Positions 12,670 through 25,796 of a DNA stretch of 64,000 bases are shown here, in pieces; positions within the stretch are counted from its first letter, which is position 1, and every line of letters begins with the position of its first letter. The stretch covers positions 8,432,001 to 8,496,000 of the forward strand of contig CM120643.1 of the NCBI GenBank assembly GCA_051362555.1, given 5' to 3'. The stretch comes from Lingula anatina. Its lineage: Eukaryota; Animalia; Brachiopoda. The notes beneath the pieces were generated by a model that was given only the letters and a program-made list of their open reading frames with translations, was not told where the DNA came from and did not search any database. A program made the translations under genes and the position numbers.

Positions 12670-13699
12670 TAAGCACTTTGCGTGCTTATTTGGAACAGTT
12701 CAATGTTTTGAAAATAATTGTTTCTTTGTATTCCGTCGTTTGCCCCTCCTTCGAAGCAAGTGTGCCCCTTGAATCACGACCCGATTGAAATAAACAAGCA
12801 AAAGAATAATAAACTCCCTTACCTGTAATAGGCACGTTCACGTTATAATTTTGATTAAGAAGGCACAATTAAACCGCTTATGTATATTGAATACAACTAA
12901 AGTAGATACAAGAAAATATCCGACAGAATAAACTTCATTTCTACACAACAAGATAACAGAATTAATTTAAGATTTTTTTAAGTTAAAAAAAAGGACATGC
13001 AAGTTAAAATTTCTTAACATTTCTGTTGAAATCGGGCTAAATCAGTGAAAAGTCAATTTGTGAAATGTCCTGTCAACATGGCCAGGTCTGTAACTATCTT
13101 CTTATTTAAACATTTTACTTTGTATAATTTAGAGATAAGATATGACATATTTTGAAAAAAAAAATCATTGCTTTATTTTCTTCATTAGTTGGTGCGCCAA
13201 CTGTGATGTTTTGACTCCTCCTGTAGTTTAGGAGGGTACATGTTGCTATTTGTAGCCTCCCAACCTACCATGTTATCACTAGGACAGCTCGACAGACAAA
13301 TAAAGCATGTAGATATTTTATGATAGTGTTACACGTAGCTGTGTTTCATACGTACAGAAATAACAGAATCATTCCTATATATTTGTGATCAAAAACTTTA
13401 TTGTCAAAGGAAGACATAGGCCCACGATCGACTGTCACCTTGATTGGTTAGTTAACGAGCGACGTAAAATGACCACACATGTATGATTAATAAACCGGAT
13501 GCATAAACATAAAACCTCATAAAACAACCCTAGTTTGCCATACTAGTCTACCATAACACAAACATAGCGTGCTAGAAACGTCTTTGAAAGTTAAGGCAGC
13601 CGTAAAGTGATGGTGAAGAAAATTCTTAGTTTCCGAGAGGAGTGTGCATGGCAAACGCCCAGCCCTAGTCCATGGCCTCTGAATACGATGACTTGAGAG

Positions 13700-13946
13700 C
13701 AGTGGCGGTTCCAGGATTATATGACCCTCCCCCCCCCCCCACCCCACCCCTTGGCGTTGGGTTCGGGGCCCGCTGAAGGGACCCGGGGATTTTTGCTATT
13801 TTACGTTTAGAACTACAGTATAATTGAGCTAATCGAAAATCAAATCTAATTTCAAGAGGGGACCATTGGTGTGATTTTTTTCCCGGAAATTGAAGGGGGG
13901 GGGGGGGGGGTCAGCCCCCCCCTGACACCCCCTAAATCCGCCACTG
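13700..13946. mobile_element. hAT-like MITE (CAGTGGCGG...CCGCCACTG) just downstream of the A1 stop codon
   Basis: Terminal inverted repeats with internal poly-C/poly-G. Homologous copies at 22413-22671, 33056-33304 and 57856-58118. The 22413 copy has a 5-bp AAGAG duplication. Confidence 0.75.
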
Positions 13947-13987
13947 AAGAGAAGTCTGTTATGTCTGCTTCGGCTCTGGGAACGCCG

Positions 13988-16743
13988 TCACTGAACACGC
14001 ATGTCATCATGGCTGTGCACGGAGGAACAACTTTTCTGCAACACATTCTGTTTTTGTTCTCTGCCAGACCTTATGAAGTAATACCTAAAGAAAGAATTGA
14101 TGGTGAGATGAATAAGCTGGTCGCGATATTGGATATTTAAACTTAAGAGTTTGAAAACCCCAAACTTATCTCCCATATTCGATTTTTTTCTCGAGTTTCA
14201 ACGTGATATGGTACATTAAGGCTTCGACCTGATAGGTTTGGTCACATCCCTGTAGCACTGAGCACAAAATCAATTTTAAGAGTTTTGGCGTTTCTCTTGT
14301 TCATTGCTTTCTTAATAAAGATGGTTGATTGTTCTTTTATCCTATTTTGAATCATTTTGATAAATAATTATATAAAATTAATTTCAATTTTCATGTAGTG
14401 GTATGAAGTGAAATATTCACATCTGAGGTTTGTTTTTTTTTCTGTTGTTTGCATATGCATACGGAAAAAAATCTGTAGTATTTATCACAAAGCATACATT
14501 TTAGATATTTTTGCCTCTTTTTAAGTCTAAATGATCATCAAATAATACAACACTGTATACAACTAAATTACAACAAAATCACAATATTTCGTTCTGCGTA
14601 ATATTTTCCTAAGTACACACACTGGACAAAAGAAGTGTCACTCCTACTGAGCCAATACTATGGGGGAGATAAATGACTGTGGAATGATATGCTCCTGGTA
14701 TCATTTTATTAACATCAAATTTCACAAAAAATCACAAAATGAGAACAAAATATACATTCTACCAAAATATGCAGTTTCAAGTCCAAAATTAGTACTTAGT
14801 GGCATAGCCACGTGACCTATTAATGGGTGCCAGTCTACGAAGCAAGGTTTCATATAATTGTCTGATGCGTTCAGGGCTTATGATGGCCCAAGCATGAAAC
14901 ACTGAATATAACAGAGTTTCTCTGCTGGTTAGACGGGCATTTGTCAAAAGTTTTGACATATCATTCCACACATTTTCTATTATGTTTGCATCCGGACTCT
15001 GGGCAGGCCACATCACCCTGCGAATGTCCTGTTGGTCAAACCAATCATCAACTACTGCTCTGGGCCTGTGACAAGGAGCATTGTCATCCTGGTGAACAAA
15101 TGGATAATTCCTGTCACCAAACATGTTAGTAATAGATGGTAGCAAGCCTGACTCTAAAACATCGATATATTTCTAGTGATTCATGTTTCCATTAACCACT
15201 ATCAATTCGCCCAAGCCATGGATGCTGATGCAGCCCCACACCATGATGAATATGCTGCTCCGGGTTCGAAAATTCAGTGCATGTGGTTCAAATGCTTTAC
15301 CAGCAGTTTGCCAGCATAGTACCCGTCTGTCATCAGAGGTCAGACCAAAGCGACACTCATCAGAAAAATATATAGGACCAATTGTCATGAACTGTCCAGT
15401 TCCAAATCCTGTTGACCCTAGTTTACTCTACGTTGCCTGTTTTGTAACGATATAAGAGGTTTCAGTCTTGCTACCCTGCTGTACACTCTCTGAGCATGTA
15501 ACCGACGCCTAGCAATTTTCACAGACACATTCTTATGTGTGAAATTGTTCCACTGTGTTGTCAACTGACAAGCAGTGTCGAACTTTGACAACCTGGACAT
15601 CAAAATCAGTCGTCGGTCTTCACGGCCAGTATTTTTTCTTGGACGACCCATCAGAGGCAATTTGTCTCTTGATCCAGTGTTTCTATACCGAGACCAGACC
15701 CTCTGCACGGTTCTAACTGAACAATTCAATTGTATCGATATTCTGACATTGCTTATATTCCGCCTCTTCAGGTTAATAACTTCCACATATAACCGTTAGA
15801 TAATTGCCTGTATCTTGTCATATTGGAGGAAGACGGGAATAACATTTGCTGTACATGTACAAGACCAACAATACAATTCAATGGTATAGCGGTTTTATAC
15901 TCATTAGTCACAGTATAAGTAGACCAGGCCTTATAAATACCCAAGATCTGCCTACTTTTATTACTCCGAGTTAGGGGGTGACACTTCTTTTGTCCAGTGT
16001 GTGTATATCTAAACGCGATTAAAGTAACAGTTGATTATGACTAATAATTCCATTGCATAAGCCTTATACTTACAATATAGCAATTAGAGCTATTGTATAC
16101 ATCCCAACCATTGTCAGGTAGACGGCGCCACGATAGTACATCACAGTGTATTCATATACGGTAGAAAACAAGACGCCACCGAGGAGAGAGCAAGCACAGT
16201 CTATGGAAGCAATACTCGCAAATAAAGTGCCTAGAAAAAGTAATAAAAGGTTTAAACAATGTACGCACCATAAAGCAATACTTTTATTTGCCCTTCAGTG
16301 TCCAGGGCCTACAACGGTTTTTGGAAGCCTGTTATCAATTTCACATAAAATAATTAAAAGTTTTTGACGGCATTTATGATGTGCTTCCTATAACTTCCTT
16401 TACTTTCACCTCCAGTCAGAATGACAACTGTTACTATGTAATACATGTAACAACAGCTGTACTAGTAAAACCAAAGGATGAACTATTGACAGCAACGACG
16501 CATTTTTGTATTGTTTTACCATGCGTTACTTTTTGTCTCTCATGAACGGCGAGGGGATCGTTACAGAAAGCAAGGAGCTGAGATTCCCATCCCACCCCTA
16601 TGCCTTTACCTTGTTCGTGAGCGGAGACCTGCTTTGACATGACGGCACGCAGCATGGGGACGAGGAGGATCCCAAGAACGCCAAGACCACCGGCTGAAAA
16701 AAATTGTAGATCTCTATACCCTCTTCTCTCTCTCTCTCTCTTT

Positions 16744-16782
<39 letters not shown>

Positions 16783-18203
16783 TGCGAGAGAGAGAGAGAG
16801 AGAGGGAGGCTTATTAGAATAATGTAAGCAGTGAAGACCTCTGTTTATTATTTTTCATCTACTTCTTAGGATTTTGATTCAATATTTGCGTAACAGACGT
16901 ATGATCAATTAAAGCAAAGGGAACATGCCCTCTTAAAAATGCATGATGAAAATGTATAAAGAAAAATTTCATTAAAAACGTTGATATAGCCAAATTATCT
17001 TCTACGCGAAGAACAGTATATTTCTTCCCACTTACCAACGTACATTTCCCAGTCATGGTTTGCAAATGCAACCATACCCTTCCAAAGTAAAGCGCTCATC
17101 GTACCGATCATCATTATCACGGGCTCGGGCATCTTACACCGCTTAAACAGTGGCAGCATCAACAGCCCAGCCACCTGTTTGGCAACGGAGACCGCCGCGG
17201 AATACCATCCAATCTTCGTAGACGTCCAACAGAACGGAAAGTTGAGTTCGTACAAAACGTCTACGGTGGACGTGGCCACGAGGGACATTGTCCCGAAGAG
17301 CATAGTGAAGCAAAGAGTCCGTATTTTCCAAACGCGTGACGGATCTTCTCCATGCGGGGCACGGACGTACATAAGAAGCATTGCCTTGACGTTGTCCAGG
17401 GTGAAGAAGCGTGCTTCTGGATCTTTTTCTACAGTTTCAGTGATTAGAAAAAACGTGTATAAGGCAGATACCCCGTATAATACTGTAATGAATACTGTTG
17501 GTCCAAGGAAAGTTGGGTCAGCCTTAATCCAATAGCCAATGATCACCTGGGAAATGGCCGAACCAAGCCATAACATGACTTCTAAGACTAGAATTCTGAA
17601 AGCACGTTGCTTCTTTGTTGTGATGTCAGCAATGTATGACATGCCCCCGATAAGGAGAGTGGCATAGTGTCCGAAAATACCTTCAATGACACAAGTGATA
17701 ACAAGCCAGGAGATGTCCAGTTTGAAAGTGACCACGATAATGTTGCACACATTTTTGATGAAACTGCCGACACAGGGAAGCAGAATACAGAATTTCCGTC
17801 CTCCCTTATCGCTGTACGAACCATAAAACGTCGTGACGATTATGGCGGGAATCATCGTTGCTAGGCCGAACTTCTGAAGCCAGCCAGACGATATTTCCTG
17901 CACAAGTTGTTCCATCTTAACAACTGGGTCTGACGCGTTCAAAAGGCAGATGGAGATGTCCTCTGACTGGTTGCTATGGTACTGCTCGGGGTCGAAGTGA
18001 AGGTCGTCTGCTACCTTGGCGTGAAGGTATTGTGTTGCCAGTGGCGCTGTGGCAACTGTTCCCAGAAAATAAAGAAACATGACTGGTTCCACTGTTATTG
18101 GGCACCTTGGTTTGTGTCTTGACGTTCCATGTTGAATCAGTGGCACTTTCTCGTTAGGGCCTTTCTCAGTGGCTCCCAAGGAATCGTACTCATTGTCGTC
18201 CAT
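13988..18203 (-). CDS. SLC46-family (PCFT/SLC46A3-like) MFS transporter, paralog A1
   Basis: Exons 18203-17036, 16693-16610, 16230-16074 and 14084-13988 with canonical GT-AG sites and consistent phases. Motifs VEPVMFLY, GSYSDKGGRK, YIADIT, LYELNFPFCW, PMLRAVMSK, EQGTLFA. Confidence 0.9.
14616..16003 (-). mobile_element. Tc1/mariner (DD34E) transposon in the last intron of A1
   Basis: TIRs CACACACTGGACAAAAGAAGTGTCAC at both ends with a TA duplication. The homologous site in A2 (~23380) and A3 (~34013) is empty. Confidence 0.93.
14789..15786 (-). pseudogene. Disrupted Tc1 transposase
   Basis: Three ORF pieces: HTH/GRPRK, then FSDECRF...MVWGCIS, then QDDNAPCH...WPAQSPDANIIENVW. They are separated by a frameshift and stop codons. 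Confidence 0.9.
16746..16805. repeat. Compound (GT)n(GA)n microsatellite in A-gene intron, also at ~24205-24263 and ~34838-34889
   Basis: Read directly from the sequence; present in all three A copies. Confidence 0.9.
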
Positions 18204-18451
18204 TTTGGTTTGATTTTGTGGAATTTAGTCGCGGAGTCACCGTTTGAAAAGCTGGTAATGAAGAAACACGGTTTTAATTTATGTGTATTTTTTATATCTT
18301 GGCATTTTTCCACAATATTTACGAATCCTCGTTAATATTTTTCAGTTTAGTTTTCCTGTACAACTCTATGGTAAAATAATGCTGACGTGTACACCACCTT
18401 AGCTAAATATGGAGCAGACATACATTGTATTAGCAAATTACGTGTTACAGC

Positions 18452-19606
18452 CATGGCCAGAAATGTGCAGCATTCACGCGATACGCGAGGGCGCAACAGT
18501 AGGGCTTCACGTGACTCAACTAACCAATCACAGCACAACAATGGCATCGCACACAGACTCTGTGATAAGTGCTCAGCCCATTGTCAAGTAGTGTTAGTTC
18601 ATGGTAACAAGCGTCTGATATGTGCAGAGAAGTTTATTATTATAATATATATTGTTCTTATTGTTACATTATTAAATCTAACTCTGTATCCAAGTAGTAA
18701 CTATACTGTACCAAGTCAGGTACTGATGATGTGCAGAGGTCATATATTCCAGAATAAGCCATTACCACTGATTTATAACTTTTATTTTTGTTTAATATGT
18801 TATTCATGAAAGAGTTCATGAAAGATTATTTTAATTTGTTAAATCGTGATCTTATTCTTTTTATATTCAAATAATTGAATAATGTGGGTAAAATTGGTCT
18901 TCCACTTCTTATTTGCATTTTTCCTTTACTACAAGATTATTTTGGAACAGTTGCAGCATTAAAAATTTAAATAAATAGCAATCTGAAAGAAGAATTTTGC
19001 ATAATTATTAAATGATGATAGGAATTTTGGATTAAGAGATTAGTTAAATACTGAGTAGTGATATGGTCAGTCTATTTATGTAGAATCTGATAATATGATT
19101 GAAAATACTGATTGAATTCTTGGCCTTGCACTGGGCAGTTTTACATTTGTGCCAAGTGCTCTTTTTGGACTCCATTGTACAGTGGTAAAAATCTTCAATT
19201 GCCATGAAAGTTTTTCATCAGATTCTGTATGTTGCTGCTATCTGCTGGTGCTATCGACAACGAATTAATTTGCCTTTGTTTCTGAATGAATTTACCGTCT
19301 AAAATCACTATTACTGAAAATATTTGCGTTTTGCTGAGGGTAGGCTAGGCAATATACGGCAAACTTCTTAGTACGTGTGTACAACAGAATTTTTTAAAAA
19401 ACCCTAGCGATATTTGGTCAGGAGTTGCTAGAAGCATAGCACAGCGTTTCTGTCTATCGGCATCAGGCCGTTACTTTGTCAATTCTCACGAATTACCCAC
19501 GAATCGCGAACCCATTCATTTTCCTATGGCAATATAGCAACTCATTAAAAATGCACGCATGCGCAGTGGGCTAGGCGTGACGTCATGCAGTGCATTTCTT
19601 GGGATG
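18452..19606. mobile_element. Unclassified ~1.15-kb non-autonomous DNA element upstream of A1
   Basis: Imperfect TIRs CATGGCCAGAAATG / CATTTCTTGGGATG flanked by a 5-bp ACAGC duplication. Absent at the homologous site (~26390, ~37040). Confidence 0.65.
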
Positions 19607-19666
19607 ACAGCTTGATTTTATTTTTAAAAAAAGATGAGAATGAATGGACGTACATACAATAAGTTA

Positions 19667-19961
19667 CAGGGCCGTAGCCTAAGCAAACTGCCAGGGGGGC
19701 AGTAAGCGGACACGAGGGGGCGAAGCCACCAAGGGGGGGGGGGGGTGTGGGTGGGGGTGTCCCCCTCCCACGGTGTGGAAAATGTTTAAAAACTGTATGT
19801 AAAATACTGCATTCTGGTGCATTTTAACTGTTATTTATTGCTCAATCAGAAGTCAGAAATTGCGATTATTTTTTTTTTTGCACCTCAAATCCCAGGGGGG
19901 CAGCTGCCCCCCCCCCCTGCCCCCCCCCCCCCCCCCCCCCCCCCCGGAGGCTACGGCCCTG
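19667..19961. mobile_element. hAT-like MITE
   Basis: TIR CAGGGCCGTAGCC / GGCTACGGCCCTG with a 5-bp AGTTA duplication. Absent at ~26447 and ~37096. Confidence 0.8.
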
Positions 19962-21129
19962 AGTTATCAACTACATCCCCAAAACAGTACCGCGTACAAA
20001 TTATAAGGTTTTATTACAAGGTATAACAAACTGAAATGAAACTTACGTTATGCAACACTTGGCGAATACCGACTTGAAAACTAGATTAATCCAAGTCAAG
20101 GTTAAATTCACCACGATCACAGTCAATGAGAATTTCTAACTTTTTCTGAACTTCATCTGCTCCATCTACGTATGAGCCATCACCTAATGGTTATCGGTTT
20201 TAATGTAGTAGGCAGACTCCAAGTTGTGGTCACCTTTGTCCCATGTACGTCTCCTTATAATATCTTGCTGTAACATCGACCGCGTGACAATGGAGACAAC
20301 ACAATCCGCATGTGACCTCTTCCTGTTTCTACTTTATAACCCCATTTGATTTGGTTGTATCACATGTCGATAACAAATGCTACTAAATTTGGCGTGGCTA
20401 GGGATAGACGTTTTGTATGAAGAGGCGAAGGAGTAGTCAAATTTGGAACACTGTTGTCAGAATGTCGTCGTTATCCAAGATTTATATCTCTGCCTATAGG
20501 CCTACTTTTTTGGGGTAATATAAAGATATATATACGTGCGCCTGATTAGAAAGAACATACACTGTACTTATCAACACAATGTTAGTGCCCTCTTTCGCGC
20601 GGATAAAACGTACTTATAAATCGTAACAACGTAACCAGTGACAGTATTATTGTATCACACACATCAGTGCTATTTGGGATATATGGTACACGGTACAGGA
20701 GACTTACATAGTTTCCTCCCTGCATCAACTCCTTAGAGAATAGCGGCACACAGAAGAAAAAGAACCCTATTTCATTTTGCCGTTAACAAAGTTGACTCTC
20801 CCCCACCCCTCTCCGCACTGGCAGTTCCTAAACACCAGATTTTGGGCCTCAAGCATTCTATTTTACATGAGTTTTAATTTGCATGAGCCTTGATCCCTCA
20901 AATCAGAGGAGTACATTGTATGTAACAATGGTATCAAAGGCCTGCGCAATATCTCCACATTCTTTCCACATCTTGCAGCGTGCGACGTGTAAAAGCTGTG
21001 CGCTCGAGAGTAAATGTAGATTGTTGATCGATGTACTAGCATTACATGAAGACAAAATTTGCACACACCATACCGCGGCCTTCTCGTTTGATAATGATAA
21101 AGTCTTATCTCTAACATGTTGACATCATA

Positions 21130-21358
21130 GGGACCATTCCCATAACCCTATCGTACTAGCAGGATAGATCTATCTTCGAGGGGATTCTCGCTTAATTGCG
21201 GTCAGTTTAAGCGTGTAGGAAAGTTAATTGCCCCCGAGCAGCTTCAGTGGGCGTGACCGACATTTAAGCTGCTTAAACTGAATGCAATTTATTGAGAATT
21301 CCCTCGGAGTTACATCGATCCTGCTAGTACAATATATAGGTTTATGGAAACCCAGTCG
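21130..21358. mobile_element. Palindromic MITE (possibly Harbinger-type); copies ~27618-27817 and ~38260-38461, relative ~62095-62316
   Basis: Inverted arms GTACTAGCAGGAT...ATCCTGCTAGTAC with shared core GACATTTAAGC. Confidence 0.6.
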
Positions 21359-21871
21359 TATATTTGTACATATCTACACTGGTGCAAATTTTCTGTATAT
21401 TTGTACTGTTGTACCGAATTGACCGATGTTAACCGTATGGTAATGGACACTTGAATACACATCAATATCCGTAATGTCACTTTCTCTGCACGCGACTGTA
21501 TATATGAAGTAAAGTGTGTATGGGTTCGATGGCAATTATATGAAATTTAAAGTTAATCAGATACCATTTGGTGTTATCAGTTTGAACAGTGCCTCACATT
21601 CTATAATTATATAATATTCAATTATATATTTTATAGTAGTTTTCATCTTTATTTTCTTTGTTAATAGCTCTTTTTGAACTTTAAGAAACATTTCGATCAC
21701 ACTGGATTTGATTTGTGTTTTGTTTAAGTGGTGGCATCTGGCGACGTCACTTTTTGAAATTCAGTTATAACGACCAAGCTGAATTTTCTCATATTATCAA
21801 CACAATAGAAAAAGGAGCGCGAAGGGGAGGGGGGGTACAGGGGGGTTAACCCCACTTTAAATATGCTTAGT

Positions 21872-22144
21872 AAAAAATGAATTAAATCCAACAATGCACT
21901 GGATTTGAAGTACTCGATGAGGTGCTCTAAGTTGACACCACTGTCGTTGGTGGGGACTCCGCAATGGGATCGGTGGCTGTGATTGGAGAACGATTCGTTT
22001 GGGAAAAGAGGAGCGTACCTTTCAGCGACTCTTTGGTACATGTACAGTGTCGTCAATGGGCCACAAGCAGAGCCTGCCAGGAAGTACAATAACACAGCTG
22101 GTTCCACGATGACCTTTCTCTTTGGGATAACTCTGGGACCGGCT
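21872..22144 (-). pseudogene. SLC46 paralog B0 remnant
   Basis: About 230 bp nearly identical to B1 exon 1 (AGPRVIPKRKVIVEPAV...VNLE), joined to a B intron-2 fragment. The start codon and all other exons are deleted. Confidence 0.88.
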
Positions 22145-22412
22145 GTAAACGAGCGTCGTAAAATGCCCACACATGTATGATTAATAAACCTGGTGCATAA
22201 ACATGAAACCTCATAACACAACCCTAGATTGCCATACTAGTCTACCATAACCCAAACATAGCGTGTTAGGAACGTCTTTTCTCCCGCTTTGGAAGTTAAG
22301 GCAACCATAAAGGGATGGCGAAGAAAATTAAGTTTCCGAGAGGAGTGTGCACGTTAAACGACCCGCCCTACTCCAGATCTGCCCATGACTTCTGTATGCG
22401 ATGACTTAAGAG

Positions 22413-22671
22413 CAGTGGCAGATCCAGGATTATATGACCCTTCCCCCACCTTCCCCTTGGCGTTGGGTTCGGGGTCCGCTGAGGGCCCCGAATTTTTTCT
22501 GTTTTAGAGGGCGAACGTTGCCATTTCGTACGGCTTAGAACTATGATTCATCTACTCAATAATCTAATTTCAGAGGGGACCACTGGTGTGACTTTTTATC
22601 AGAAATTGAAGGTGGGGGGGGGGGGGGGGGTCAGGGCGCCCCTCCCCCTCCCCCCTCTAAATCCGCCATTG
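22413..22671. mobile_element. hAT-like MITE downstream of the A2 stop codon
   Basis: CAGTGGCAGAT...ATCCGCCATTG flanked by AAGAG. Confidence 0.75.
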
Positions 22672-22683
22672 AAGAGGTATCTG

Positions 22684-24204
22684 TTATGTCTCTTTGGGCT
22701 CAGGGAACGCCGTCACTTGAACACGCATGTCATCATGGTTGTGAACGGAGAAACAACTTTTCTTCACCATATTCTGTTTTCGTTCTCTGCTAGACCTTAT
22801 GAAATAATACCTAGAGAAAGAAGGGACATGATGAGATGAATGAATTGGTTGCGATATCAGGTACTGATAATTATAGTTTGAAATCCAAAAACCTATCTGC
22901 CATATTCAATTTTTTCCTTGAGTTACAGCGTATGGTACATAGGTTTGGTAACGTTCCTGTAGTACTTGGCACAAAAATCAATTTTAAGAGAGTTTTGGAG
23001 TTTTTCTTGTTCATTGCTTTCTTAAAAAGATGGTTGGTTGGTCTTCTTAAAACTTGTATACTGCAATTGTTCTGTTAGCCTACATGTATTTTCAATCATT
23101 CTGATAAATAATTAAATGAAATTATTTCAATTTTCATGTAGTGGTATGGAGTGAAATTTCTTGAAAATATAGTGAAATATTCACATCTGAGGTTTGCTAT
23201 ATTTTTTATTTTGTTTGCATATGCATCTAGAGAAATTCCGTAGTATTTACTACAGAGCATACATTTTAGATACTTTTTGCCTCTTTTATGAAGTTGAAAT
23301 GATCGCCAAACGCTGTATACGTTTTACAACTAAATTATAGCAAAATCAAATTATTTTGTTCTGTGTAATATTGTCCTGGGTATATCTTTACTCGATTAAA
23401 GTAACAGTTGATTATGACTAATAATTCCATTGCATAGGCCCTATACTTACAATATAGCAATTAGAGCTATTGTATACATGCCAACCATTGTCAGGTAGAC
23501 GGCGCCACGATAGTACATCACAGTGTATTCGTATACGGTAGAAAACAAGACGCCACCGATCAGAGAGCAAGCACAGTCTATGGAAGCAATACTCGCAAAT
23601 AAAGTGCCTAGAAAAAGTAATAAAAAGTTTAAACAATGTACGCACATTAAACGATACTTTTATTTGCTCGTAGTGTCCGAGGCCTACAACGGATTTTGGA
23701 AGCTCTTATCAATTTCACATAAAATAATGACAAGTGTTTGACGGCATTTGTGATATGCTTCCTATAACTTCCTTTACTTTCACCTGCAGTCACAATGACA
23801 ATTGTGACTACGTTATAACAACAACAGTACTAGTAAAACCAAAGAATGTACTTTTGATAGCAATGGCGAATTTTTGCATTGTTTTCCCATGCGTCTGAAG
23901 TACGATAGCCTGCACCGACCCCTGAACCACGATAACGTTCCGACGAGCATAAAGATATACCAGTAAGATGCGTTACTTTGTCTCTCATGAACACCGAGGT
24001 GATCGTTACAGAAAGCAAGGAGCTGCGATTTCCATCCCACCCCTATGCTTTTACCTTGTTCGTGAGCGGAGACCTGCTCGGACATGACGGCACGCAGCAC
24101 GGGGACTAGGAGGATCCCAAGAACGCCAAGACCACCGGCTGAAAATGAATTGTAGATCTCTATACCCTCTTCTCCTCTCTCCCTCTCTTTCTCTCTCTAT
24201 CTAC

Positions 24205-24267
<63 letters not shown>

Positions 24268-25668
24268 GTATTAGAATATGCCTTTGTTTTGTTAATGTTA
24301 GCAGTGAAGACCTCTGTTTATAATTTTTCATTTTCTTAGCATTTTGATTCAATATTTGCATAACAGACGTATGGACAAAGAAAAAGGAACATGCACCCTT
24401 AAAAAATGCATGATGAAAATGTATAGAGAAAAATTTTACTAAAAACATTGATACAGCCAAATTATCTCCTACGTGAAGAACGGTATTCTTTCCCACTTAC
24501 CAACGTACATTTCCCAGTCATGGTTTGCAAATGCCACCAAACCCTTCCAAAGTAAAGCGCTCATCGTACCGATCATCATTATCACGGGCTCGGGCATCTT
24601 ACACCGCTTAAACAGTGGCAGCATCAACAGCCCAGCCACCTGTGTGGCAACGGAGACCGCCGCGGTATACCATCCAATCTTCGTAGACGTCCAACAGAAC
24701 GGAAAGTTGAGTTCGTACAAAACGTCTACGGTCGACGTGGCCACGAGGGACATTGTCCCGAAGAGCATAGTGAAACACAGAGTCCGGATTTTCCAAACGC
24801 GTGACGGATCTTCTCCATTTGGGGCACTGACGTACATCAGAAGCATTGCCTTGACGTTGTCCAGAGTGAAGAAGCGTGCTTCTGGATCTTTTTCTACAGT
24901 TTCTGTGATTAAGAAAAACGTGTATAAGGCAGATACCCCGTATAATACTGTAATGAATACTGTTGGTCCAAGGAAAGTTGGGTCAGCCTTAACCCAATAG
25001 CCAATGATCACCTGGGAAATGGCCGAACCAAGCCATAACATGACTTCTAAGACTAGAATTCTGAAAGCACGTTGCTTCTCCGTTGTGATATCAGCAATGT
25101 ATGACATGCCCCCGATGAGGATAGTGGCGTAGTACCCGAACATACCTTCAATGACACAAGTGATAACAAGCCAAAAGATGTCCAGTTTGAAAGTGACCAC
25201 GATGATGTTGCACACATTTTTGATGAAACTTCCGACACAGGGAAGCAGAATACAGAATTTCCGTCCTCCCTTATCGCTGTACGAACCATAAAACGTCGTG
25301 ACGATTATGGCGGGAATCATCGTTGCTAGGCTGAACTTCTGAAGCCAGCCAGACGATATTTCCTGCACTAGTTGTTCCATCTTAACCACTGGGTCTGACG
25401 CGTTCAAAAGGCAGATGGAAATGTCCTCTGACTGGTTGCTATGGTACTGCTCGGGGTCGAAGTGAAGGTCGCCTGCTACCTTGGCGTGAAGGTACTGTGT
25501 TGCCAGTGGCGCCGTAGCAACTGTTCCCAGAAAATAAAGAAACATGACTGGTTCCACTGTTATTGGGCACCTTGGCTTGTATCTTGACGTTCCATGTTGA
25601 ATCAGTGGCACTTTCTCGTTAGGACCTTTCTCAGTGGCTCCCAAGGAATCGTACTCATTGTCGTCCAT
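22684..25668 (-). CDS. SLC46-family MFS transporter, paralog A2
   Basis: Exons 25668-24501, 24138-24055, 23607-23451 and 22810-22684. The frame is intact and ends ...MRVQVTAFPEPKET*. Confidence 0.92.
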
Positions 25669-25796
25669 TTTGGTTTGATTTTGTGGAATTAAGTCGCGGA
25701 GTCACTGTTTGAAAATTTGCTAATGAAGAAACACAGTTTTAATTTATTTGTATTTACATCTTGGCATTTTTTCACAATATTTACGAATCCTCGTTA

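Noticed and set aside
21724-22221. 165-aa SLC46-like ORF as a functional short gene
   Set aside because: It is a chimera of non-coding sequence and a deleted exon fragment, starting at a non-ATG codon.
24473-25000. 175-aa plus-strand ORF (also 35106-35633, 17179-17535 and similar ones opposite B and C genes)
   Set aside because: Antisense shadows of SLC46 exon 1, repeated only because the genes are duplicated.
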